Positions 1-14,209 of a stretch of 64,000 bases of DNA are shown in pieces. The notes beneath the pieces are model-generated. The model was given only the letters and a program-made list of their open reading frames with translations, was not told the DNA's origin and made no database searches. Source of the stretch: Microthyrium microscopicum. Taxonomy: Eukaryota. Location of the stretch: assembly GCA_010405405.1 (NCBI GenBank), contig MU004244.1:995895-1059894 (forward strand), given 5' to 3'. The number at the start of each line of letters is the position of its first letter. Position 1 is the stretch's first letter. Both the position numbers and the translations under genes were made by a program.

Positions 1-1967
1 GATCCCGACCTTCAAGCATATCCTCTTTTCTCTTCGTCGGCGCATGATCGTCATTGAAGCGTAGCTGAATCAAATCAAGCAATTGTTGTCGTCGTTCCTC
101 TGACAAGGCCATCTGATGCATATTGGTGTCTATTAGATTATTGACAGCCATTGGATGCTGTGGGGGGAGTGGCTGTGTGAAATAGCCACTGACCATGGGG
201 TCGTGAGAGAAATAAGGAGCTTGACCAAAACTGAATTGACCACCACCACTTGCTCCTGGAGGAATTGCGCTGGGTCCCCCAGGATATGCCATAGGAGAAG
301 CATTGGGACCAAATGCTGCGTCATTAAATAGCCAAGCCGCGAAATCATCTGCCATGGCAAATGGAGAACGCTCGATGCCTTGACCACCAAATATTGGCAT
401 TGCATACGTTGGTGTCATGCCCTCGAGCATTGGGGTATCAGATGATGAACTCATGTGTACATCTGTAGAGCCTTGCGTTTTTTCCGAGTTGGAATTGTAG
501 TTGTGATTTTCATTCGTAGGAGCTTGGCTGATGGTGTTATAGCCTGGAGGTGGTAGAGTGGTAAGAGTCTGGAATGATTGCTGTGACTGGTAACCGGATG
601 GGGACGGAGGGGGGTGGTTACCGCCAGCTTGTTGTGGTAGGGGTCGTGAATAGTTTTGAGCTGATTGATACGCAGAGTTAGAAGAATAATTCTGCGGATT
701 TGAGGTCACTGAAGACGTTGGTCTTCCATAACCATCAACACCAGGTCTGCCCGGAAAACCAGGAGTATTAGGGGCATTAGGGAAGGTTGATGATCGAGAA
801 AACTCTGTCTTTGCTGAATCTGGCGTCCGATAGCTATCGTCGCTACGAGTACGACTTAACGATACGTCCATTGAGCCAGATCGCATATTGGGGTCGATCG
901 GAGGCACGCTTTCTGATTTTACAGTACTACTATTTGCAGCGGGAGACATTGACGAGGAAAGTGGCCTAGCTCCATTATAAGGTCCGTTTTGATATCCAGT
1001 TGGGCCCTGGGCAGCTGCAATCTTAGCCTTTTGCGCTTGAAGAACAATAGGATTAGGATGGTGCATAAAATTATCTCGTCGCAATAACTGGGATCCTCGC
1101 GCGGTGTGTCGCTCCTTGTGGCGTGCACATAGATCTTGACGCACGAATGATCGGTGGCAGTCTGGAAAATCGCAGTGATATATCTGTTTTGGATTGTCTA
1201 ATACAGTCAGTATGCCGACCATGATGAGCTAGAGAAATATGATTGGAGTTTTGCAATCAACTTGAACGAATCCATAGCTATTGACAAAATAGTAAATCAA
1301 TTCATCCGAGTTGCGGATTAGAAGGTGATAAGCCAAGAGACAGGATTTTTGTATGTACTATAGCATCGGTGCCGCAAAGCTTGTTACAACAATTTATATC
1401 ATGATGTATGATAGTTGAGTGAACTGGTGGTCCAAGCTGAAGTGACACCGAGGCTGGGTAAGAGATGTATTCGAAACATAGCGTGGGAAGTGTCCCACAA
1501 AGCTAGCTCTCTGACCAAGTGTCTGGGCTTCAAAGGTATGCTGAAATGTCTCAGGGAACTCGACAATGCAAGCATAAATGCAGACATGGCCAAAATCGCG
1601 CATAACCATGATCGCGAAAGAAGGGGGACTCACGATTCAACTGATGTCGATAAAGATGCTCAGCTCTTGAGTAACTTTTACCGCATCCTTCATGAGGACA
1701 TGGAAATTTCTTGTCCATCCCTTTTCTACTTCTTCGCCGCTTCTTTGAAGATCCAGGAGCTGTATTGCTATCGCCGCCTTCGCCTTGATCATCCGGGTCA
1801 TCGGTCTCGTCTTCGCGTGTTCTTCGTCGACCGCGATACGCGTCTTCTGAGCCGCCGGTAGGTGAGGCTAAAGGTTTTTCCATTTCTTCTCGCGTGGAAG
1901 CGTATGTATCGTGCGGTTGCCCAAGGTTCGAAATCACCGCCGGGCGCGTAAGAACTTGTGCCGACAT
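1..1967 (-). CDS. C2H2 zinc-finger transcription factor (two fingers; 3' part runs off the window start)
   Basis: Exon 1 (1967-1634) ends ...FPCPHEGCGKSYSRAEHLYRHQLN. A GTGAGT...CTGAC...TAG intron spans 1633-1198. Exon 2 starts HNPKQIYHCDFPDCHRSFVRQDLCARHKERH, and the window edge reads ...LSEERRQQLLDLIQLRF... Confidence 0.88.
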
Positions 1968-4900
1968 GTCATGCCCCCTGTAGGGTCGCGATTGAGGTGG
2001 TGAGTTGGCGGGACAGCAGTATAGCTATTAGAGGAAGGGGACGTGAAGTAGGATATCAAGCAATGAGATGAAGTATGGGGAAACAGACCATCCGGATCTG
2101 GGGCTCGGGTTGGTGCAAAGTCCGCAGCGATGGGTCGGAGGCTGCCGCGCTTGGAGGATTTAATAGTTTAGGCTGGGAAAGCCTCGGGGCGATGGCGATG
2201 GGGCAAACTGGATGTGGCGTAAGAGAGGAGGGGATTCGAAAGGAATTGAGTTTTGATCAGACTAGCCGAAAGAGTTTTTGTGTAATGGTGAATGAGGTCA
2301 AGGGAAGAAGTAGGCGGCAAACACCAAGCGGCGAAGAAGTAGTCAGACTTCTAAGATGCAAGATGGATGTAGAGTTAGAGAGATTCGAGGTCGGAAGCAA
2401 GACCTCAGACCTGGAATAATGTGGCGAGGGGGGTAAGGTACGCTTTGACCTGTAGAGTAATGCCGCTGCAAGACAGAGTGAACCTCTGAAGAACTAATCT
2501 CTGTGCAAAACCAGCTTGAACCTTCAACCTTGAACCTTCGAGGTCACGGTCGTGTCGCCGTGTTCTTTCTGTTGTTAAGGATTGAATCTTCACGTTGAGC
2601 GTCTCCAGACTGCAGCAACTCAAGAAAGACGTATGAGGGACAAGACTGAATGTTGGGATGGTTGGACCAAAGCCAAGGCCTGCAGAACAGTGCAGATGCT
2701 GGGATCAAGATGCCACGATGATGCTGGTCTGTTCAATACTGCGTGAGTGCCTGCTTTCAAAGCACATCAGGCTGGGGTCCTCGCGTCTGCTAGGTGCTCA
2801 ATCCGCTGCTTTGCTTCTTTCTGCCTCCAAGAGATGCGCCTCGCTGCAGTCAATGTGACTGGCTGTTGCACTAACAAGACTGCCGTCTGCTGTTGGAGGG
2901 TCTGGCAGACAGATTGAATTCGGGGAGGAGGCGGGTGAAGAGTGGAGCAAGCTAGCTACGCAACTAATCCTTTACAGCGTACACGGCCTCGTGAGTCGTG
3001 AGTCGTAGGAAGTAAGCCTGTCCAGCGAGATTTGCGTTTTAACAACAACTCAAAGATGCTCTGCGTGCAATTTAAATGTCTGGATATCCCTCAATCCACC
3101 AGGCAATGGTCTACTGTCGAGTCTCGATTAGGCACGAGGCTAGACGCGAACGCTTTGAAGAGGCGTTGTAGCCAGTGGGTACCGCTTGAGGCCTGCGAGC
3201 CTGAGACAGAGTGCGGGAGCCGATGAGATGCGAAAACCGTATCCGTGAACGATTTGTTCAACTTGACAATACAGTATTCCAGGAGGCGCGATTCCAAGAC
3301 CTGGGGAAGACCGTACCAACCTGGCAAGCTCAAATTGACAGGGCCGTAGAATGTAGTAGTATGTAGCAGCGGAGCGGAAACAATAGAGAATCCCCCACAG
3401 AGGTAAGAATAAACCACCAACGGGTGCGGAGTTGTGGGTAAAAGGTCTCAGTTACGAGGGCTGGATGCAGTGGAAAGTAGTGGGGGGATCAAGAGCGGGA
3501 TGGATAGGATAAACGTGGGGATAGGGCCAGTTATGAGAAAACAACAGCATGTCTGGCAGTCTGAGACTCTCGACAAAACGTCAACCGCTCGCATACCAAC
3601 GGTTAAACTTGCAAGCGCACGCGCAGTGTAAGGGTATGCTTTACGATGGCAACATGCTTAACCGACCGGATCGGTCAAGGAATAGATTGGCTCAAATGAT
3701 GCATCTAGCTCATTAGAAAAGCACAAGATGTCTGTGAGTCTGACCCATACTAAACCACCATCATAAAAACGCAAGACCGTATTATCTGGTAAGTACATAT
3801 GTGAGGCACTGATCCTGATATTAACTAGTCACAGTTCTCTTATATTATCAGCTTGCTAGATGGGTCAAGGCCCATTTTGTTCTTTCTAGTTTCTACATAG
3901 TACAGGTAAGACTTGGGCTGATGCTAATGTTCCTAGAGGTAGTCCATGATTTCATGAACACAGTTACATCTCTATTCTCATTACCCACCTCCCAGCTGGT
4001 CCAGTTAATCTTAAATCATGTGAGCAGTCATCCCAATTATTGAATATCATGAAAATTCGGGCGACGTGGTTGGTCTTTCGAGAGCCATTGTTATAAGGTA
4101 CGGAACTTCCCGTCTCAACGTATCGCCCATATATCAGGCCCCGAATCAGGTACATACAGTAGAGACTTTCACATTTCGCCAAATCTCTTCCTCCTACTAC
4201 CTAGAAAATGATCTTACAACAAATGAGACGCCTTCGTGGTGTACTTAAGCGGTCCTTTTCGACAAATTTATATTGGCTGACTCCATAAGTTTACGACCTT
4301 CCGAGTTAGTGACCGTGTCCTATATATTGTGGTTATATCAAGTCATTCTATTTTCACCCAGGAAAACGCGCTTGACCAGGTTTCAATGCAGATTGGTCCT
4401 TGCCGCATGGTCCCTGCCAGCCTTGAACGCAGATTCTCGGCTCTTGGCACAGGCCTCTCTGGCCTGAAGATCCAATGTTGAAGAGCCTTTTCTCCCTGCT
4501 GACCTTGTCTCTGCCTGCCCCGCATTCTTGAGGCTGTTTGATTCGACCCACCACCTGTTCTCAGCAAGTAGTGTGATGATCGAATTTTGAATGGAAAGGA
4601 TCAGACTTTCTGCATAATGCCTAATCAGTTCGACTTCTAAACATTGAGAGCAGGATGGCAGCTACGAATACTGGTGGTCGCAGATATTGGGCTACCAAAA
4701 AACTGGAGATTTACTGGGTCTGCAGATTGCAGAAGAGTAATTCTTCTAAGCGCATGGACCAGGCCGAGGGCGCCCGCGGCGGAGTCGGCCCGCGGAGAAA
4801 TGGGGGTTCCTTCGTGGGGGGTCATTCGCTTGTGAAAATCTGATTCAGACTTTACATCAGAAAGCTTTGCGTATAAAGGATCGTACGACATGGAGAAATA

Positions 4901-5315
4901 TACTCCACCCAAGTTAAAGAACGGCTAGAAAGTACATTGGACCTGTTTTACTTTCTCCCGCACCAGTAACCAGAAATCCGGTTCAATTTAGCCCACCCAA
5001 CAGAGAGGTAGCCAGTCTTATAGGACTTAGTTGCCGCATCAAAAAGAGAAGCAAATATAAGATACAAATAGTGATGTAGCAGTGTGGCAACGAAGCGCCA
5101 GGAGAAGGTGAACACTCGCTACTCCATGCGACGATCGCAAACTTGGCTTAGCTGAATCTTTTCGTCGGGACCAGTAACCACCCACTCCAAAGTACGCAAT
5201 TCATGCCACGCAGTTCCAAGACCTGGGGATTTCTTAGCTCATGCGGATTGGATTTCTGCGGAGAACATATTTTAGTACCTTCGTCGCACGACTTTGGATT
5301 TTCGTTTGAATAATA

Positions 5316-5540
5316 CCTCTGGTGTGCATTCTGTCCCTTAGGGGCAACCTCCAAAGAAAATTCAATCAACTTTTATTTCAGCCAATCAGGGATCCGCATT
5401 AGGAAGATTCACGTGATGGCTGCACGCAAAAGCCAAAAAGCCCTAAGCCAACCAGCCATTCACCCAATCAGAGCGCAAGCTAAAAGCTCGAAAATAAATT
5501 TTGAAAGCTTGCCCCTAAGGGACAGAATGCACACCAGAGG
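5316..5540. mobile_element. MITE-like non-autonomous DNA transposon (Tc1/mariner-type TA flanks)
   Basis: Perfect 32-bp inverted repeats CCTCTGGTGTGCATTCTGTCCCTTAGGGGCAA (5316-5347, reverse complement at 5509-5540). TA at 5314-5315 and 5541-5542. 225 bp long, no transposase. Confidence 0.8.
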
Positions 5541-7957
5541 TATGCTTCCTTGTATGAAGGACAAGAGTCAGGAAATTTAAATGATGTCCCGCCGCTGCAA
5601 GCGACAGAGATTACGATGCTGATGTTCCCTTGGGTTCTAGTCTCGTAATATCATTACATGTTCTGATGTGTCGGAAGATGAACCATCGCGCGGCTTTTCG
5701 CTTGCCAGCCACTCGTTAGGAGACCCTGAATTGTCCGAGCTTTCAGAAATTTGCGTGCCGTGGTGGCGTTTAGCCACTGTTCAATGCGCCGCCAATGCAC
5801 AGATCCGATGTCCATCCTTCGCTTCAACTTCCTCTCGTCTCTGTGCAGTCAATTGTCTAAAAACCTCGACATCGATTGGTTGCCGCCGAATATATCAAAT
5901 GGTTGGACAATCAGTGTCACATTGGAATACGAAGTTACGAACTGCCAATAAGCAGATCTTGGCCCAATGCACGAGGCAATGGCAGTAGTCGAGATTGTGG
6001 ACGATGAAGATATTTGTGTCGATTCACTTGGTCTTGATCTCACGGTATTCATTGCTTACAGTCAAGCTCTGTTCTCTAAGCTTCCGGAATTTGCAGCTCG
6101 TCTGAGGTTAGAATTAAGTTAGAAACGTGGTCGATAGCGTGCCTCCAACGTGGGTTGTACGGTAGCTTGGGGAAGGCGCGAACCCGTCAATGTTCTTTCC
6201 ATATTGCAACAAGGAAGTTTCATATTTCAAACGACATGATTCAACATCGATTCTGATCACTAACATATGCCAGTGATATTCCTCTCGACCAGACTTGTCA
6301 ACCTCCCCAGAATATGACATTTTCCTATTACGCAGAGTGGCCAGAGGTTTTCAGCCCCATATGATTTGGCGAGCCAATGCATGAGAACAGACTTTTTATC
6401 AAGGACTTGCAGAATCGTGCAGCTCCAAAGGTGCGGACGGCTCAGTGAGTTTTGGTTTTTCCAACCACATTATTTGTCGGCAATAAAACTTTGGTTGGAG
6501 ATTGGTCCAACTATGCTTCTTCCTGGAAATCAACGGGCGAAAACGGTCCAGCCTCAGGCATTATTGGCCGTTTGAGTATGGATTATCTGACCATGTGGTT
6601 GTGAAGGTTGCAGCTGTCTTACCACGATGGATTCTAGAAGCACTCTGGAAGCACTAGTCTTGATTCCATATCCTTTCCATTCGAGTCTTTCCCACTAAAG
6701 GACCAGCATAACTTTTTCCTTCTTTTGATTATACTGTTCTAAAGCTGATACTGGTTACACGCGCAGTTGGTAGGAGGAAAAATCGGAAGGCTGTGACTGG
6801 TTTGAAGGAGAACATCAGTTCCCGGACGCAGAACCAATGTCCAAGTCACTACGCGAAACACTCCTACTTGCGTTTGTCACATCTTATCAATACTAGCGGT
6901 AATTCTCCAGAGGCTCCAAACGAATCCTCTTGAAAACAGCGGTTGAATGCATTGATGAATTTGCCCGCCGAATCCTACAAGGAAAATCAAACATGAAGAA
7001 TGTCCCCTATGAACCGAATAACAAATGTATTATGCAAAATATAGAAGAAGCAAGGACATTGAAAACCGCAGCTACTGATCGTGTTATGTATTCGGTATGC
7101 AGTCCTCTGCTGTATTTTTCTGTCGCACCTTCTAACTCCGGCACCTCGATCACTACAGTAAGCTATAACTGTCCAAGTTCGATTTGACGAGGATATTGGA
7201 GTTAATATGGCTACTCGGTTGGCGTGGGTACAGTTGAAGAGACACACAATGTAGTCAGCTTCCACAGTAATTGATGATAAGCCAGGGCTGTACAGATTTC
7301 CGCATCCAACAAGCCAAATGGCCCATACCTAGGGGAAGGCACGTTTCGGTCTTTGACCCGAACCAAAGCAAAGTTCAAACCATGCGAATCGCTCATTAAA
7401 GGTCTTCAAAATTGTCATTCGATGCGACCTAAATGGAACTCGACGTGGCCTGGCGATGTAACACCATAATCAAAAGTTTTTGTTTCTCCTTCATTGTGTG
7501 CGATACGTTGCAATCGATGCTCAAGTATCTTTGTTCTTTTGTTCTTGACTGTATAAAGCTGTTGTCTTGCTATTGAGTCCGATGGGAACGTCACTATAGT
7601 CTAACCATACGCTACGGAAGGCACTGTCGGCCACAGTCGTCGAAGCCTCCCAGGAGTTGTGTTGTGTTATTCAAAGTTCACAATCTAGTGAGGATGTCCT
7701 TGTCGGTAACTGCATACCTGGCACGCTCAACAATGACCTTGGGAGCTGCCGACAGCGGGAGCCGCAGAGATGGAAAGTCATGGAACATGAGATAATGAAG
7801 TCAGGACACGATAGGAAGGCGCGACTCGATTCTGCCCACATAAACCAACACGCCTCGACTTCCAAATCATTCGTCCCAACCTAGAGAAAGCTTCTTCACT
7901 CGACATCAAATCCTCACCTCTACCTCAAGGCCAACTCTCTTGAAACCAACACCAATT

Positions 7958-9075
7958 ATGTCTTCACGATTCTCTGGTCAGACGTACTTATACCAAAGTC
8001 AACACTACTACAATCTTGGCGACAAATTGTCGAAAGCTGTTCGCCCCAAAAGTCGCCAGACCCAAGAGACGGCAAAGCATGGCCTGGGTGCCATGAGCAT
8101 CCTTCCTGTTGAGGTTATCCAGATGACACTTCTTGAAGTCGATTTGAAGGCTCTCCTCCAATTTCGGGCAGTCAACAGACACGCTCAACAACTTGTTGAA
8201 GGCCTTCATGAGTACAAGGCTGTGATTACTCATGCGCAGCTAGCCTTGCGCGGTAGTCTTCGTATCGGAGCTCAAATCACTCTCAGAGCTCTAAATGATA
8301 AACTCTGTACTACCAAATGTGATGGATGCGGAGATTTCGGAGGGTAAGATTCCACATGAGTCCTTACCCACAAAAGCCCCTGTAGCAGGGTTTTCATTAT
8401 ATCTTAATGCTAACAGCGTCCAGATATCTCTATCTCATCACCTGCCAACGTGTTTGCTTTCGTTGTATATGCGAGAATCCCCAATTCCTTCCACTCACAG
8501 AGTGGGATGCGCGTGAAATACTTGGATTGAAAGGCGTCAAATTTGCCAAGTTTGCTGCTCAGATCACGGTGGTCGCCGGCTTATATGGGTATGACTCTAC
8601 GCTATATTCAGTGAAAAGTCGGTTTCGCTTGCTGGATTACGAGTCTGCTCGTGACTTCGCACTGGCACGCCATGGGTACTCTGAAGCAATGAAGCAATCT
8701 GTTTCTGATCGGCAGGCGGAGGACCTTCGACGAGCAAATGAGGCTATCAGAGTCAAGAACCTCCAAATCTCGGATTCCAGCCGTCACCGACCTCAGCTTA
8801 CACGCTTGAGGAAGTGGGATATTTCCCGGGATGAGGGGCGGGAAGATTGGCGTCGCTTCGCGGCCATCGTCGTTCAGCCACCACTTAACAAGGCATCAGG
8901 TCTTGTCGAGCTTGGATTCTATTGTGTGGGCTGCAGAGATATGGAAGCCCAGGATGAGTATTTTGGACCGAGTCCTAATGCTCAGTCTATGCGCCAGTTC
9001 ACTGAAAGTACATTTGCGACTCATTTGCAAATATACGGCGATATCCAAAACGACAAGCATGTAATGCCACACTGA
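7958..9075 (+). CDS. F-box domain protein with Cys-rich motif
   Basis: F-box-like LGAMSILPVEVIQMTLLEVDLKALLQFRAVNR. Intron 8344-8423 (GTAAGA...GCTAAC...CAG) joins CDGCGDFG to GYLYLITCQRVCFRC. Confidence 0.82.
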
Positions 9076-10084
9076 AGACATTGCTCCGGAAATCGACAAA
9101 CTTCCAACTACTTCGTTGGTTACCATCGAAATTTCTGTGGTATGGAGTGCTCTCTTGCCCATGGCATACTCAAAATTATGTCCAACATGACATGGGAAGT
9201 AAGCACCACATCTTTACGAACGATGATAGCGGCCTTCGAAGTTGATAGGAGCATGCCCTCTCTAGGACCATTATTACTTTTCCCAGACCATTTCGGATAA
9301 AAAGGACAAATTACTTTCAAAGTAAGAGGCGGAACTCCAGTGTCATGCGTGGTGGTGCCTTCAGAGCGAGTGGTATTTATTCAAAGGGGGGAAAGCTAGA
9401 GAAAAGGTTCACATTGTTGTGGTAATTACAGGCTTTGCTATCACTTGGTCTTTTCAAGATGCTTGATATTCAGCTGCTGCTCACTCTAAACTCTGTCTCA
9501 TTCACGATGAAGACCAGAAATGCACCCCAATCCCCCTGTAACCAATAGGAAATAAAGCAGTATTACTTCTTCAAATGACTGCCCAAACCTACCTATTGCA
9601 GAGTTGGTATTCAATGCATGGTGATGTTACTATTCGCCCCAAGCAGTCCCGGATCATGTATACTACAGCCTTACCACACTTAACCACCACGTCGGGTAGC
9701 ACAAAGCCGTGGACCTGTCGATCCTTATCTGCATTAAGGCGCGGTGAAAAACGTATTTCTGCAAGTGACATAAACTTTAATCCTTTCGATTCAAGTTTTC
9801 TGTAAAATTTAATTCCAGCATCCGACGAAATACCCACGTCGGATACCGCACCACGACCATGCCAATGTACACAACATTGCGGATCATGAACAAACTTGTT
9901 TCAATTATGAACCGATGACAAGATCTTTTCCAGTGATTGAAGTTGAACAGGGCATCCTGGAAACTGGTGGTCATAAACCCCACAACTTGAAAAGGGGAAA
10001 GATAGGTATATTTGCAAATGGATAACTCGATATGCATATCCTCTCATAGGGGAAATATCCCTATCAGTCCACAACATCAGATTC

Positions 10085-12376
10085 CTAAGCCTTTTTATCC
10101 CCAAATAAGTCCTTCTCCACCATAGCCCGACAAATAGGGTGGTAGAAATTCTTGTTCTTCTCAAACACCTCAATCGCGTATTTGCGATCACACTTTTCCA
10201 ACAACCTAAACAGCGGTCTCACAAACTTCATCCGACCCACCGTCCCTAGCAACTCGCCCGTCGGCTTATACACGCTCTCCTCTTTTGCCATCAAGCCTAC
10301 CGCGAAGTAGCGTGATACGAGCTCGACATTGGAGCTCTTCGCATAGCCATACGTATCGCCGAGCAGCACCACGTCCTCCTTGGGGATTGGTGGGGCAGGG
10401 TAGGACTGGATTTTCTCGAGGAACACAACAGACTGGTTGGCGGTCCAGCCGTCAATGTCGCTGGAGTTGGGTGTGAATGACTGCGAAGAGCGTGCGTGCC
10501 ATTTCTCGGCAAGCGCGTAGCAGCCTTTGACGAGGGTGTCGTCGTAGTTTGGCTTGGGTGGAAAGCCGGGCTTGTAGAACCAGTCGTCCCAGGCTACTGA
10601 GTTGAGAAGGTTGGTTGCTTCGCTGTCTGAGGCGAAGAAGTCTAAGAGCGTAGCCTTGAACTCGAATGAGTCGAGGGACTTGAGCTTCCAGGTTCCGAAG
10701 TACTGTGGTCGGTTTGTTAGTGTTTGATTGTGAAATCTTGAAATGCACTTACGTGTGGTATAAACTTGTCCCATTTTTCTCGACTAACAAGTTTCTCGAG
10801 ATAGTCTATGAAGACGTATCCCTTCTCGTACGGTATGCTTGAAAATGCATCGTCTGGATCTTTGCTATCTAGGTTGAGAACCAATTTGGTATACTCATGA
10901 TCTTCTCCATATCCCTTGATTGAATCCTCCAGAGCTTTCCAGCCAATGATGGCTGAAAAGTCACGATGAGGCTCTCCGTGCAGTCTGTCTCGCATTAGTA
11001 AACAACCTCTCTCATCAAAGAAATATAGCCTACCTTGCTTGAATTCGTCGTTCCAGATACGTTGTCCAACCTTCATTCAGCCAGAAGTGCTCCCAAGAGG
11101 CATTCGACACCAAGTTTCCTGACCAACTGTGGGATAATTCATGGGCAATAACATCGATGTTGGCTCTATCCTTGCTAACAACAGTTGGAGTCGCGAACGT
11201 GACCACCGGATTCTCCATACCACCGTATGGAAATGAGTTTGGCAGCACAAGGACGTTGTAAGTCTTCCAAGCATACTCAAAAACTATGCTTTCAGCGATC
11301 TTGATATAGTTCTCCGTGTCATCTTCGAATTCCCATTGACAGCCTTTGACCTCATCAGGGCCGGAGTAGACCTGGCTTCGTGGTCCAATTGGAAGAGATT
11401 TGATATCACCACTGGCGAACGCAATCAGGTAGCTGGGAATGGGTATTGGTTGCTCATAAGTGTACTTGTTTGCTGCCTCATCGTGAGTAGTAAGGTGTCC
11501 ACTTGCCAAGGTGAAATGTGGAGATCGAAGTGTGTATGTCACTGGCGCTTTTACGTCTGGCTATTAGAGTATCAATAATAAACGCAGGATCATGCTAATC
11601 TGGAATATGGGATGCTTACTGTATCTTGACATGGCAACACTGACTGTATACTGGTCAGTATTGATTCCTGCGTTAAACATATTGTACAAGGCTCCACTTA
11701 CACGTGCGTGAATTGCTTGACACTGACTGACTATGTTGGAAATGAGTAATCTGTTCCCCCAATATCTCGCGGAGATTTAGCTTACACATATATGGATGCT
11801 TCTTGTTCGGGGTCTGCGCCGGATCTAGCCACTGCAACGCCGTACACTCATTGGTAGTCGCAAGCGCAACGTCAATCTGGACTTCCTTGCCTTTTGATAT
11901 TCCTTCGGCGAGGGTGATGACCAAGGGGCTTCCATAAGGTTCCTTTCGATCTTTCAAAGTCCACTCGCTTTTAGCATCCTCCACAATGACGCTCTTGATG
12001 TCAAGGAAACTATAGCATATTAACAACATTTACCACAACAGATCCCCTCGGCGCGTTCAACTGGCGAACAGGTGCAAATATATCCCCTTTCCATTCAAAC
12101 TGACCTAGTATCCAGCACAATATCCTTGACCCCATCCACCAAAGCCTTCATAGAAAGCACTACATTCCCCTCCAATCTCTTCTTCCCAAAGTCAATATCA
12201 TAGTTAACAGCAATCTTTGACGTGACAATCTTCTCGTAGTTTGAATTGGTATTTGGATCGCGTCGAGGTCGAGAAGCTCGGTTGGCTGCCATGCTTGCCT
12301 TGCTTGATTGACGTCGCGATGATGCAATGGTGAAAGGGGCTTTCGCTGCTTGGAAAAGGTAACGAGCAAAGAACAT
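10085..12376 (-). CDS. LAP2: Leukotriene A4 hydrolase / M1 aminopeptidase
   Basis: GGMEN motif, HELSHSW zinc motif, WLNEGW, PYEKG and GRMKFVRP. Spliced microexons [10 protein letters not shown] (11730-11702) and SVLPCQDT (11643-11620). In-frame ATGs at 12376 and 12292. Confidence 0.95.
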
Positions 12377-13204
12377 GAAAGTTTACAAAAGTTTTGACAA
12401 GGTTAACAGAGTCTGAGGGAGTTTGATGCTTATGGGCGATGAAAGAGCTCTGGCGAGTTGGAGAGCTTCGTGATGGGGACCTTCCGAAAACGGCATGGTC
12501 AATCTCGAACTCAATTCCATCAAATCTATCACGAAAATCATAGTTACGTGGACGGGAAATATTCCGGCATTCTTGGCAGTATTGTATTATCTAAGAGGTA
12601 ATCTTTTTGAGGCTATTGAAGTTATGAAGAATTCAAAAAGGAGCTGGCTATCTGGCTATACGGTTGCCATGCACAGTTGTACTCTACTAGTATGACAAGC
12701 AAAGCCCTGAATATCGCGATCCCTCCAGTGACTTCAGTTCCATCGAACAGTATTCTCAAGTCTATCGCTAAGCAGGGTCCAAATCATATTCATATAGTTT
12801 GATGTCAACTGAGAACAATTGCTTGCTCTAGTAATTGATAGCAGCGGAAAGTTCTGGGACTGAGTTCCATCAAGATGAAGCTATCTACCGTACTCAGCTA
12901 TGTATCTCATGAGCGTTCACATGATCACAAGTATCTGCATATCAGAGGCCTGTGAAGATTGCTTTTCTTTTTTGCGGGGTAGAGCCTTGATTTCTTCCGG
13001 AATCCCACAATATGCTCATCCTTCTCAGGACCGATGTGAAACCAGTCAGCCAGAGCCATTCCGAGCCACGCGGGAAAACCGGAGAATTCCAAGAATAGCC
13101 ATGACAGCAATGGTCGACTAGACCGTAGTTTTTGACATCGCTTCCATAGACGAAGCCGCGAATTGGCCGGTGTATAGCCCCATATCACACTTCACGAAGT
13201 GCTT

Positions 13205-14209
13205 TCAGTCTCGGAGTATGCCAACATGAACAACAAATCCCGAATTCTCGCTCAAATCCTTTGACAAAAGCTCAACTTCTAGACGCCAGACTTGGAACTT
13301 GGCATGAAAGGCTTTGAGCCAACACTCAAAAACGTCCGGTGATCGTAATTGCTGAGCAAAAATGCAGATTGTGGGTGAATCTGCTGGGGCAAGCTTGCAA
13401 ATATCGGCACATGTATCTACAAGTGGGTCGACCAGCGCTTCGTTGTAGATGCAGTCACAAGCAACCACAAGCTGAACATGTTTTGCGGCTTGGGTCAGAT
13501 TCAAACCAGAGAGAAAGCCATTTATGGAGTCGGTCTCCCAGTCAAGTGCCTTGATGGTAACATTGCCAATACTGTCAGTGGTTGGCACATCAGCTGTGCG
13601 TTTCCGAGAAACCTTTGGTACTGATTTGGGTTTGCTGGATTGAATATTGTCTGTAATGTTTTGCTTCAGTTGTTTGAGAACATAGGCTTGATCAGTGCAG
13701 ATATATGTGCCTATCTTTGGGCTCAATGCAAGGGCGATGATACCAGATATCCCGCAGCCAAGTTCAAGGACCACAGAACTGTCGTTGAGAACACCATGGG
13801 TGAAAAGAAAGTTTGACGGTGCAGATACCCACTCCGCAAACCTTGGAGAAACTTGCCATAGAACTTTGGTCGATGATTAGAGACTTGGCAAGTGAGAAAA
13901 GTCAGAGCGACAAGGCTGACCTGCTCCAGTAGTTCCCTGTTTGCGATTCGAATTTAGAACGCCGGGAGATTGCTTGATGACGAAATCTTTGCCGGAGATG
14001 CTAATGTCCAGCTCGGAAGACTTGCTGTCGACAAATCCGAGAGAGTTTGAGGGAATGTCTTGAGAGAAAACTAAAAAGGCTTCTACACTTTCAGCCTTAT
14101 GGTTAGGTATATGAGATCAACACTGGGAATATTGAGGGGAGGGATGTGGTTGGCTACCTTGGTCAGTATCGTCAATGGCAGTGCCGAGGGTAGGAAGCAA
14201 TTTATCCAT
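13205..14209 (-). CDS. RKM5: Rkm5-like seven-beta-strand protein lysine methyltransferase
   Basis: Spliced N-terminus MDKLLPTLG...EAFLVFSQDIPSNSLGFVD...IKQSPGVLNSNRKQGTTGAVLWQVSPRFAEW. SAM motif VLELGCGISG, plus ALDWE, ACDCIYN and QQLRSPDVF. Confidence 0.8.

Noticed and set aside
1500..1560. TPP riboswitch in the long intron (CTGAGA...ATACCTTTGAA on the minus strand)
   Set aside because: The CCUGAU/CUUGAU and UAAU elements of the pyrophosphate-binding arm are missing, and the host is not a thiamine gene.
5650..7450. Short ORFs and intron-like signals upstream of the F-box gene
   Set aside because: No stop-free multi-exon model could be built; possibly decayed sequence.
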